Below are positions 1 through 7,666 of a stretch of 51,658 nucleotides of DNA, piece after piece. The position numbers and the translations under genes were made by a program. The DNA comes from an uncultured Leptospirales bacterium. Its GTDB lineage: Bacteria; Spirochaetota; UBA4802; UBA5550. Within the stretch, counting starts at the first letter, position 1; each line of letters opens with the position of its first letter. The stretch covers positions 43,572 to 95,229 of the forward strand of contig CAZZHU010000001.1 of assembly GCA_964654045.1 (NCBI GenBank), in the 5' to 3' direction. The notes below the pieces were generated by a model. The model had not been told where the DNA came from, did not search any database, and saw nothing but the letters and a program-made list of their open reading frames with translations.

Positions 1-14
1 TATTGCTTTGATAA

Positions 15-1478
15 TTGAATATTTTGATACATATAAACAATGACATGATTTACTACGGTACCCGCAATATATTCATGTCCAGGGAAATCCTGCAGGGCCA
101 CCTGAAATGGGATAACAGATACGTGAAATCCTACAGCGGATTCCCCTCCTTTTATGAAAATTATATTTTCACGCAATCCATGGATTATTCAAAAAACACT
201 TTTTCACTATACTGCCTTAATGCCGATACCGGAGCGGTTATGTGGTCGCAATCCATTACCAAACCGGAACGGATATTCTCGCCTGTCGTGTATCAGCAGA
301 AAGTTTACCTTGCTTCCGGCAATATCCTACACTGTTTCAATCTTGCCGATGGAACCAGGGTATGGGAGAAAAATTATGGTGGCAGTATAACATCAAATCC
401 GAGTTTCACCGAGCGCGAGATTCTTTTTACCGTTGATAACCGCCAGGTTATTCTGATAAATCCGGCGGATGGAAAAATAAATGGCACCATCGATCTGGGA
501 GAAAAATCAAGCCCCTATTTTGTGACAATCCGTGACCAGATTTATCTGGCCAGCACTATCAAAAAAAGAGTCGGTGACCGGGACCTGTCCTATGCCCGCC
601 TGCGCGCCCTTCGCTTTGAGCGGAAGGACGCCTTGTGGGAGTTTGTCCCACCTTTCCCCGGTGGTGCGTATCAGCCGGCGGCATCGGGCGGGATCATGTT
701 TCTTCCGGCGGGCAACTACCTGTATGCCGTGGGCACGGATTATTATCCGCGTATAATTGACGGTGGAAGCTCTATCTATGATCCTTATAATAAGAAGGAG
801 ATAGACGAAAAGGTTTCACCCGACCGTGATGCCGGAAAGAAGCAGGAGAAGCCTCCTGCGCCGGATAAAAAGAATGATCTGAGGCCATTGAAGATAACGG
901 TTGTTGATGATAATAAGAATACTATCCCTGCAACTGTTGAAGTCAAGAAGTGGGATAAGGGTAAGATTGTATATTCCGATAGGATTGCCATTAAACATCC
1001 GGATCAGCAGATCCAGGTTCCTGACAGCAATGACGTGGAAATAACGGCCGATTCCGACGGCTATATTCCGAAGAAGGTGATCATATCGCGGGATGATAAA
1101 GAGACATCCATCCAGCTTGATAAGATTGAAAAAGGGAAGGGCATTGTTGTTGAGAATATTCATTTTGAGGTAAATGAGGCGTACCTCAGAAAAGAATCGC
1201 TCAATATTCTCGATCGCATGATCGAGGCGCTCAATCGTAATAAAAAAATCCGTCTCGAAATCAGGGGGCATACTGACATTACCGGCACAAGGCAGCACAA
1301 CATGAAGCTTTCCGAACGGAGGGCCGACTCGGTAAGGGAATATATGATAAAAAACGGCATCAGCCCCGAACGGCTTGTGGCTGTCGGTTTCGGTCCGGAT
1401 AAACCCATTGGAGACAATAAGACCATCAGCGGCAGGCAAAAGAACAGAAGGACTGAATTCTATATTCTTGATAAATGA
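15..1478 (+). CDS. Beta-propeller (PQQ-like repeat) protein with C-terminal OmpA-family peptidoglycan-binding domain
   Basis: 487-aa ORF. It has propeller-like repeats (ADTGAVMWSQ, LADGTRVWEK, PADGKINGT) and a C-terminal OmpA_C signature (RLEIRGHTDITGTRQHNMKLSERRADSVREYM...NRRTEFYI). The start is uncertain (TTG at 15, ATG at 45), in-frame stops lie at 9-14, and no signal peptide is visible. Confidence 0.7.
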   Translation: MNILIHINNDMIYYGTRNIFMSREILQGHLKWDNRYVKSYSGFPSFYENYIFTQSMDYSKNTFSLYCLNADTGAVMWSQSITKPERIFSPVVYQQKVYLASGNILHCFNLADGTRVWEKNYGGSITSNPSFTEREILFTVDNRQVILINPADGKINGTIDLGEKSSPYFVTIRDQIYLASTIKKRVGDRDLSYARLRALRFERKDALWEFVPPFPGGAYQPAASGGIMFLPAGNYLYAVGTDYYPRIIDGGSSIYDPYNKKEIDEKVSPDRDAGKKQEKPPAPDKKNDLRPLKITVVDDNKNTIPATVEVKKWDKGKIVYSDRIAIKHPDQQIQVPDSNDVEITADSDGYIPKKVIISRDDKETSIQLDKIEKGKGIVVENIHFEVNEAYLRKESLNILDRMIEALNRNKKIRLEIRGHTDITGTRQHNMKLSERRADSVREYMIKNGISPERLVAVGFGPDKPIGDNKTISGRQKNRRTEFYILDK

Positions 1479-1493
1479 GCCGATGTTATATAT

Positions 1494-1540
1494 GGGGGGT
1501 CAGAGTAACATCTCCAAAAGCATTGGGGTCAGAGTAAAAT
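1494..1540 (+). repeat. R2 family: two direct copies, GGGGGGTCAGAGTAACA (1494-1510) and GGGGTCAGAGTAAAAT (1525-1540)
   Basis: Read directly from the sequence. The core GGGGTCAGAG is at 1496-1505 and 1525-1534. The site is intergenic, 170-215 bp upstream of the 1711 gene and on the same strand. Confidence 0.85.
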
Positions 1541-1710
1541 CAATATCGCTGTTCTTACGTTATAATGGACCATGCCGGGAATGGTTAAAATTGCACGCCG
1601 ATATGAAGTAAATATCAATAATAGAGTTATCTGAAAAAATGGGATTGCATGATTGCGCTCAGCATGGGATTGTGCCGGGAATTGAGTCCAACTCTTAATC
1701 GGATGGTAAG

Positions 1711-3039
1711 ATGAGATATCTAAAGGGATCTCTGCTGGCGGTCATTCTTGTCGCGGTATACTCGGGTAGCACCCTTTTGGCTTCTGACTTCAGTCGCAGT
1801 GTATCTTATACGCGAACACAGGGAAGGGCTGCCTCGGCCGGATCACTGGACGCGGTGTACTACAATCCTGCTGGACTGACCGGTGTCAAAGACGGATTTT
1901 ACATCGATGTCGGTTATCAGATCATGACAAAAACCACGGCGTTTGAAGTCTGGCACATGAACGGCGAGGACAAGACTCCGTCGTGGTTCATTCCCAATTT
2001 CGCGGCTGCCTATAAGAAGGGGAAAGGAGCTATTTTCGTTTCGCTCTATATGCCGGAGGGCGTTGAATTTCTAGAATTCCGGAAGGCAAAGGGGGGAATG
2101 CCGTTAATCAGCTATCTGGCCTTTGACCTCGACCCGGTCCAGACTGGAGTGCTCAGAAGCCTGGGGCTGGCGGCGAACCTGGGTTCTCTGGAGATACCGG
2201 TGGTTTCCTATGTCAAGGCAAGCAGCTACTGGCTTCAGGGGCGGCTGGGGGGATCCATTGCTATCGGCGATATGGTGTCTTTCTCCGGCGGCATTGCCTG
2301 CAGTTATTACAGGGCGGACCGCACAGCGGGTGTGGCGGGATCCGGCAGCATTGATAAAATCGAGAAGAGGGCCCTCGGATGGTCCGGGTTTGCCGGATTG
2401 ATGATCGGCTCGCCGGACAAGTTCGCCCTGATGGTTCTTTACGAAACCCAGGTGATCGCGCGCGGCACCGAAAAAAATGTAAAATACAATTATTCGCGCA
2501 TGATGGAACAGCGGTATCCTGATTCCCTTCTCATCGGATTTAAAGTGGGGACTGGAGACGGGGGATCGCTGCAGGTCTCTTACCAGGTCGCTTTTACCGG
2601 CGAGCGAAAATACGGGACAAAAAATATTCTTACCCGCAGTCACGAGTTCGGGATCATCGACTGGGCCATGATCGCCCAGAGCGCATCCGCCTGGTCGATC
2701 CTGCCGCTTGTCAGCAGCGGGAACTCCCAGAATTATAAGTATAAAAACCGCCACAGCATCGGCTTGACCATGGAATTCGAAGTGAGCGGAGTGACGCCGA
2801 GTATCGGGATATCCTACTCGACCCAGGAGAAGTATCCGCGGACCCAGAATCCCCTTGACCCGGACCTTGCCAGGGTTGGCCTGGGGGCGGGAATTAAGGT
2901 TAAAGCGTCAAATAATGTCAGTCTCGAGTCAGGGACAGCTTATTATTTTTACATCAAGGACCGCATGTTCCATAATTCGGTTAAGTTGAACAAGACGGCC
3001 TGGAGTTGGGGCATCAGCGCATCATTTAAGGCAATGTGA
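1711..3039 (+). CDS. Outer-membrane beta-barrel transport protein, FadL/TodX/OMPP1-like
   Basis: 442-aa ORF with a signal peptide (LLAVILVAVYSGSTLLA), an N-proximal NPAGL motif (AVYYNPAGLTGV), and an alternating beta-strand-like pattern through to the C-terminus. Confidence 0.5.
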   Translation: MRYLKGSLLAVILVAVYSGSTLLASDFSRSVSYTRTQGRAASAGSLDAVYYNPAGLTGVKDGFYIDVGYQIMTKTTAFEVWHMNGEDKTPSWFIPNFAAAYKKGKGAIFVSLYMPEGVEFLEFRKAKGGMPLISYLAFDLDPVQTGVLRSLGLAANLGSLEIPVVSYVKASSYWLQGRLGGSIAIGDMVSFSGGIACSYYRADRTAGVAGSGSIDKIEKRALGWSGFAGLMIGSPDKFALMVLYETQVIARGTEKNVKYNYSRMMEQRYPDSLLIGFKVGTGDGGSLQVSYQVAFTGERKYGTKNILTRSHEFGIIDWAMIAQSASAWSILPLVSSGNSQNYKYKNRHSIGLTMEFEVSGVTPSIGISYSTQEKYPRTQNPLDPDLARVGLGAGIKVKASNNVSLESGTAYYFYIKDRMFHNSVKLNKTAWSWGISASFKAM

Positions 3040-3056
3040 TTTTTTATAATTCGTTT

Positions 3057-3072
3057 ATCGATAACTATCGGT
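3057..3072 (+). repeat. R1 family copy 1: ATCGATAACTATCGGT
   Basis: Matches 15 of 16 positions of ACCGATAACTATCGGT. It overlaps the perfect 10-bp palindrome TTATCGATAA (3055-3064). It lies in the intergenic gap between convergent genes. Confidence 0.9.
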
Positions 3073-3098
3073 GATGCGTTGAAAAATACACATGCTTT

Positions 3099-3125
3099 TA
3101 AAAGTGATCAAATGTTTACCGATAA
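3099..3125 (+). promoter_or_regulatory. Possible sigma-28 (FliA)-like promoter: TAAA-N15-ACCGATAA
   Basis: TAAA at 3099-3102, an exact 15-nt spacer, and ACCGATAA at 3118-3125. The established FliA consensus is TAAA-N15-GCCGATAA. Only this R1 copy has the -35 element, and no gene lies downstream on this strand. Confidence 0.25.
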
Positions 3126-3133
3126 CTATCGGG
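3118..3133 (+). repeat. R1 family copy 2: ACCGATAACTATCGGG
   Basis: Perfect 14-mer CCGATAACTATCGG at 3119-3132, followed by a run of G. Confidence 0.9.
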
Positions 3134-3159
3134 GGGGTATATATACATTGGATTTCGAG

Positions 3160-3178
3160 TTTACTCTGACCCCTGCGG
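3160..3178 (-). repeat. R2 family copy: TTTACTCTGACCCCTGCGG on the + strand
   Basis: Core CTCTGACCCC at 3164-3173. It shares the CTCTGACCCCTGCGG extension with the copy at 18606-18620. Confidence 0.85.
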
Positions 3179-3198
3179 ATTGCCACATTGCCGGTGTT

Positions 3199-3214
3199 AC
3201 CGATAACTATCGGT
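3199..3214 (+). repeat. R1 family copy 3: ACCGATAACTATCGGT (perfect 7-2-7)
   Basis: Perfect 16-mer, 33 bp from the stop of the convergent TPR gene. Confidence 0.9.
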
Positions 3215-3246
3215 CGTTATACCCATCCTGTCATCCCCGGTTATGA

Positions 3247-3981
3247 TCATTCCTTGATCTTCCTTAAAATCTTTGCCGCGTCATCATAGCGGCCAAGCTT
3301 ACGGTACGCATTCGCAAGGGATCGGGTAACATCATTATCTTCTTCATTCATATTGCGGGCATGCTCGAGGTAGGGCAGTGCTGCGCGGGTATCACCTTTT
3401 TTTTCCAGGGCCATGCCGGTGTAATGATAAGCCTCGTAATCAGTTCTCCCTTCGACAATGGCTTTTTTCAGGTATTCAGCGGCTTTCGCGTAATTTCCCG
3501 TTTCATGGAGAGCGACGCCGTAATAGTATAGCAGGTTCGGATTCGTGCCCGGACCTTTTTTCTGGAAGACCCTTATGATGTCCCGGAATTGGCGCTGCTC
3601 GTGAAGCGATCGGATTGTGTCTTCCAACATTTTCTCGGGGATCGGTTCATCGTCCGAGGCAGCCAGTATCGCTTCCGCTCCCTTGCTTCGCTCGCCAAGC
3701 TTGATGAGGTTGAGTCCCTGAAGATTCTGAAGGTCACGGTTTTCAGGATATACCATCATCAGTTCCTTGAGGTATTTTTTAAGCTTCTCATATTCATGGC
3801 TGGTGTATAATTCTTCCGCTTTACTGACCTGCTGCTCGATGGTCAGACCCCGGACCTTTTCATAATAGATCCTCATGTAGAAGGAGTAGACTTCCTGGCT
3901 GTGAAAATAGGAATATACGCCGGCGCCGGCAAGTATGAAAAATATCAGGTAGTTTTTAATCTTAAATCTCTTTTTCGGCAT
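3247..3981 (-). CDS. TPR-repeat protein with N-terminal membrane anchor
   Basis: TPR-like helices (AEYLKKAIVEGRTDYEAYHYTGMALEKKGDTRAALPYLEHARNM, LANAYRKLGRYDDAAKIL) and a hydrophobic anchor (YLIFFILAGAGVYSYF). I took the start at ATG 3981, but the ORF stays open to 4053. Confidence 0.7.
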   Translation of the reverse strand: MPKKRFKIKNYLIFFILAGAGVYSYFHSQEVYSFYMRIYYEKVRGLTIEQQVSKAEELYTSHEYEKLKKYLKELMMVYPENRDLQNLQGLNLIKLGERSKGAEAILAASDDEPIPEKMLEDTIRSLHEQRQFRDIIRVFQKKGPGTNPNLLYYYGVALHETGNYAKAAEYLKKAIVEGRTDYEAYHYTGMALEKKGDTRAALPYLEHARNMNEEDNDVTRSLANAYRKLGRYDDAAKILRKIKE

Positions 3982-4225
3982 AATGCGTCTCCATTTCGTA
4001 TCATGGGGGTCTCCGGAGAATAATTTCAAGTATAATATTTTCAGCCGGCACATATCCGGCGGGAAGCGGAATGCACGATTTTACTGATCAGACTTTCGGG
4101 AGAATGAGGGGCATTTCAAATTAATTCCTTGAAATAAAACATGGCGGTAAATAATTTTGATTATTCCAAAAAAATTCTTTCAATTTTTAACTGTTTGATC
4201 GTTATACTATACAAAGGATACGGAC

Positions 4226-4831
4226 ATGAAACGGCTCAGAATACCAATTATTATACTTGCACTGCTTTCCTCAACTGCTCTCTTCTCGATTTCCGGTGAT
4301 GAGGCCGTGGAGAAATTCCGAAGCAGGATGCTCCGGATCGGGAAGCTGACCGGTGTTATTTCCTGGACCTCGCTTGAGGGGCAGACCTATTCCGGCAGTT
4401 TCAAGTATCTCGCCCCGGACAAGGTGTACGTGAAATTTACCAGTCCCACGGAGAAGATCCTGGTTTCCAACGGTAAGACCCTCTGGATTTACAGTCCCGG
4501 CACGAACATGTGCGGCGTACAGGAGCTCGCGAAAGGGACGACGTCGGGCGGGATCGCGGGGCTCGTCGTGGGGTATAACGGCATTGCCGCCGGTAATGAA
4601 TCGGGTTATACCATCAAGCTGAAAAGCGATGAGAAACAGTACCGGGAAATCATCCTGAGCGTTGACGGAACATATCTGCTGAGGGGCGCCATTTTCAAGC
4701 GTGAAGACGGAAGGATAATCAGCTTTTCACTTTCGGATGTAAGCGGCAAGGCTGACGTAAGCCAGAACCTTTTCAACTTCAAGGTGCCCAGGGGGGTGCA
4801 GATAGTGAAAAATCCCATGAACATAAGATAA
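4226..4831 (+). CDS. LolA-like outer-membrane lipoprotein carrier/sorting family protein
   Basis: 201 aa with a signal peptide and a LolA-like pattern (GKLTGVISWTS..YSGSFKYLAPDKVYVKFTSP..KILVSNGKTLWIYSP). Confidence 0.55.
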   Translation: MKRLRIPIIILALLSSTALFSISGDEAVEKFRSRMLRIGKLTGVISWTSLEGQTYSGSFKYLAPDKVYVKFTSPTEKILVSNGKTLWIYSPGTNMCGVQELAKGTTSGGIAGLVVGYNGIAAGNESGYTIKLKSDEKQYREIILSVDGTYLLRGAIFKREDGRIISFSLSDVSGKADVSQNLFNFKVPRGVQIVKNPMNIR

Positions 4832-4837
4832 TCTGAA

Positions 4838-5407
4838 TTGTCCACGCCAGCAAAAATATTATTTGCCCTGCTCTGCGTCTGCGTGCCGTTGCGGGCCGCC
4901 GCGGAGGAGCGTGAATTGATATATACCTTTTTCGGGCTGGTGGCTGGCGGCGGTATGAGCGAGCTGACATATACTGACTGGAATAACCTCTACAGCAAGG
5001 AGAAACATTCCGGCTACTATGCCAGCAGCGGCGTCTCCCTGTGGCTGGTTTCGAAATGGCTTGTCGGCGATTTCTCCGTCCAGTACCAGTATAATAACTT
5101 CAAGGGCATGGGCATAGTGCATAACATGTATTATACCCTGTCAGGCAGGGTGGGCATACGGATGGGTACCGTGGGGATTTTCGCGCCCGGGATCGGTATG
5201 TATTTCGAGACGCCGCCGACAAACCGTAAGTTTCGCGGCAGCGCCGGCCTCAGGGCGCCACTGGCGTTTTTATTTTACATGACGTATGACAGCATGGTAT
5301 TCCTCGACGGTTCTTTCATGTACGGATGGTATGGCATGGGTGACCGATCTACGAAAATGTTCTACGGCATATCCCTCGGTTTCATTTTCAAGGTCGGCAG
5401 AATATAA
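4838..5407 (+). CDS. Exported hypothetical protein, possibly a small outer-membrane beta-barrel
   Basis: 189 aa with a TTG start just after the preceding stop. It has a signal peptide (ILFALLCVCVPLRAAA) and aromatic-rich alternating segments ending GFIFKVGRI. Confidence 0.45.
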   Translation: MSTPAKILFALLCVCVPLRAAAEERELIYTFFGLVAGGGMSELTYTDWNNLYSKEKHSGYYASSGVSLWLVSKWLVGDFSVQYQYNNFKGMGIVHNMYYTLSGRVGIRMGTVGIFAPGIGMYFETPPTNRKFRGSAGLRAPLAFLFYMTYDSMVFLDGSFMYGWYGMGDRSTKMFYGISLGFIFKVGRI

Positions 5408-5455
5408 CCGCCCTTCGCGCAATCCTTGTTAATTTCCTTGTTCCGGTGCTATTGC

Positions 5456-7567
5456 ATGATGAAATCAAATGTCCCTTTACTAGCGGCACTACGCGTCCTC
5501 ATTTCAACCGGCAGGGAAAATCCCCTGTACAGAAAGGTCTTTGTGCCGTCTTTTTTCATCTTTCTCGCGTTATCAGGCACAATAGTGACCGGCTTCTCCT
5601 TTTTTCTCAATGGTGAGGTGCAGCCTGCCGGTGTCATGCTTCTGGTCCTGGCATGCGCGGTTTTCCCCCCGGTATACCGCAATGCCCTGAAGGTAGGCCG
5701 GGTTCCCGGGGATTCCATGATCCACGGAAATGTCGCCCGGGTAGCGGTTTTGCTGGCCCTGACGGGTGCGTTATCCGCACTGCTGTGTGTCAGGATGCAA
5801 AATACGCTGGCTGCCGATTCTCCTTCCCTCGGTCATGGGCGCTGGATCGCACAGGTTGACAGCGTGATTGAGAAACGGTATTACCGTGAAGCCGGCATAA
5901 GCTTTTATGGAAGTAAAGATGATGATTCCGCTCCGGGCGGCCACGGGGCCCCTTACCGGGGCCTGGCGCGTATAACCGGAGGGTCAATCGGCCAGGGGGA
6001 TACGATCAGGTTTTCAGCCAGGCCGGTGACGGTAACGATGCGCAACGGAGGCAGTCCATCACCGAATCATTCGCTTCTCAGGAGAGGCATCCGCTATGTT
6101 TTCTACCTTGACGGCGGATCCATCGCTGTCGTGAAACCCGGTGCTTCATACAGGGAGCGGGCCAGGTATGCCCTTGCCGGAAACTGCGACAGGCTGTTCA
6201 ACCGGGAAACATCGTCCATGGTCAAAGCACTTTATTTCGGAAATCAGGATTTCATTGCCAAGACAACCATGAACGATTTTAAGCGTGCAGGCGTATTCCA
6301 CATACTCTCGGCAGGAGGCCTTCACGTAGGCGTCATCGCGGCAATTCCCCTGTTCCTGCTGGGGATCGTCCGGATCAACCGCAGGATTATAATGGGAGCG
6401 GCGGTCATTGCCGTGTTCCTCTACCTCTGCATGACCGATGAGCCCGTCTGTCTTCTCAGGTCCTGCATCATGTTCTTTATGTTCGCGGCCCAGCGTATCG
6501 CCGGCAGGGAGGTTAATATTTTTAACACGCTTTTCCTTTCCGGCGCGGCTATACTATTCATGTTTCCTCACGAGATATTCGGCCTGGGCTTCCAGCTGAG
6601 TTACGGCGCCACCCTGGGTATACTCCTGTTCCACGGTTCATACCGCAAGACCCTGGCCTGGCTTCCGGGTTTCATTTCGAACCCGCTGGCCCTGACCATT
6701 TCGGCGCAGCTGCTGGTCCTCCCGGTCCTCCTGGTCCGGCTCAACGAGCTTAACCTGATGGGCCTTCTTTCCAATATTATCGTGGTCCCGCTCATGTCCC
6801 TGCTGCTGATCGCGTCTCTCGCGGCTCATGCGCTGTCCGCGATAACGGTGGTCGCGGAGTGGGCCGGCCGCGCCGTAAACGTGATATATGGAATGAGTGA
6901 TGCCATCGTCCGCTTCTTGTCCGGACTGGATGGTCATTTTTTTGTAACAGCTGCGGCACCGTCTCTCGTTGCCGCCTTCATTCTTCTCGCTGCGCCGCTC
7001 ATACCGTCGCTGCGGGCAAAAAAAATCATGTCGCTTTCTCTCGCGGCGGCCGTCGCTATCGCGTGGCTCACTCTCGGCGCCGGGAAACCGCGGGAATCGA
7101 TTACGGTTTTACGGCATGGAGCGGGCGTTATCATGCTGGTGAAGAAAGGGTCGTCCCTCTCCATAGCGGGACAGGTCCCGGAAAAAGGATCTATCGCTGC
7201 GGTCATGAGGATAATCGCCGCTTCCTCGCCCCGCGAGGTGGAGCTGCATATCACCGATCCCGATTACCGGAACATGGCCGGTTACACGACGCTTCTGAAA
7301 CGCCTCCCGGTGCGGCGTTGCGTTCTCTCCGATACTTTCAGGATCCGGGGCTACTCGCGCCGATTCATGGATATCCTCGAGCGGGACCGGGTGTCGCTGG
7401 TCATCCATGATTGCGGCGTCAGGGCAGGTAATGAAGATACATCTGCCGGTCAGGATTCCCCGTACCGGATATGCCGACTTTACCGGAAGGCGGCAGCCGG
7501 AGAAATCAAGCCGCCTGCCGGCGCGCTTTCTAAAAATGATGAAATTCAATATTTAACTTTACATTAA
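5456..7567 (+). CDS. comEC: ComEC/Rec2-family DNA internalisation channel protein
   Basis: Competence-domain motif FKRAGVFHILSAGGLHVGVI, many TM helices, and an OB/DUF4131-like N-terminal part. The ORF is open from TTG 5426, and I took ATG 5456 as the start. Confidence 0.8.
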   Translation: MMKSNVPLLAALRVLISTGRENPLYRKVFVPSFFIFLALSGTIVTGFSFFLNGEVQPAGVMLLVLACAVFPPVYRNALKVGRVPGDSMIHGNVARVAVLLALTGALSALLCVRMQNTLAADSPSLGHGRWIAQVDSVIEKRYYREAGISFYGSKDDDSAPGGHGAPYRGLARITGGSIGQGDTIRFSARPVTVTMRNGGSPSPNHSLLRRGIRYVFYLDGGSIAVVKPGASYRERARYALAGNCDRLFNRETSSMVKALYFGNQDFIAKTTMNDFKRAGVFHILSAGGLHVGVIAAIPLFLLGIVRINRRIIMGAAVIAVFLYLCMTDEPVCLLRSCIMFFMFAAQRIAGREVNIFNTLFLSGAAILFMFPHEIFGLGFQLSYGATLGILLFHGSYRKTLAWLPGFISNPLALTISAQLLVLPVLLVRLNELNLMGLLSNIIVVPLMSLLLIASLAAHALSAITVVAEWAGRAVNVIYGMSDAIVRFLSGLDGHFFVTAAAPSLVAAFILLAAPLIPSLRAKKIMSLSLAAAVAIAWLTLGAGKPRESITVLRHGAGVIMLVKKGSSLSIAGQVPEKGSIAAVMRIIAASSPREVELHITDPDYRNMAGYTTLLKRLPVRRCVLSDTFRIRGYSRRFMDILERDRVSLVIHDCGVRAGNEDTSAGQDSPYRICRLYRKAAAGEIKPPAGALSKNDEIQYLTLH

Positions 7568-7666
7568 TGCTATAACGATTACAGTATTGCAACGTTAATT
7601 CCGGCGACGGCAGGTGTGCCCGTTCTGCAGGGCGGCCGGCGCGATCATATCATACGAGTGCTCACG

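Noticed and set aside
1636-1690. Possible sigma-54 promoter in the repeated ATGGGATTG / TGCCGGGAAT words upstream of the FadL-like gene.
   Set aside because: The GG-to-GC spacing does not fit TGGCAC-N5-TTGC in any register. I kept it only as a note on short direct repeats.
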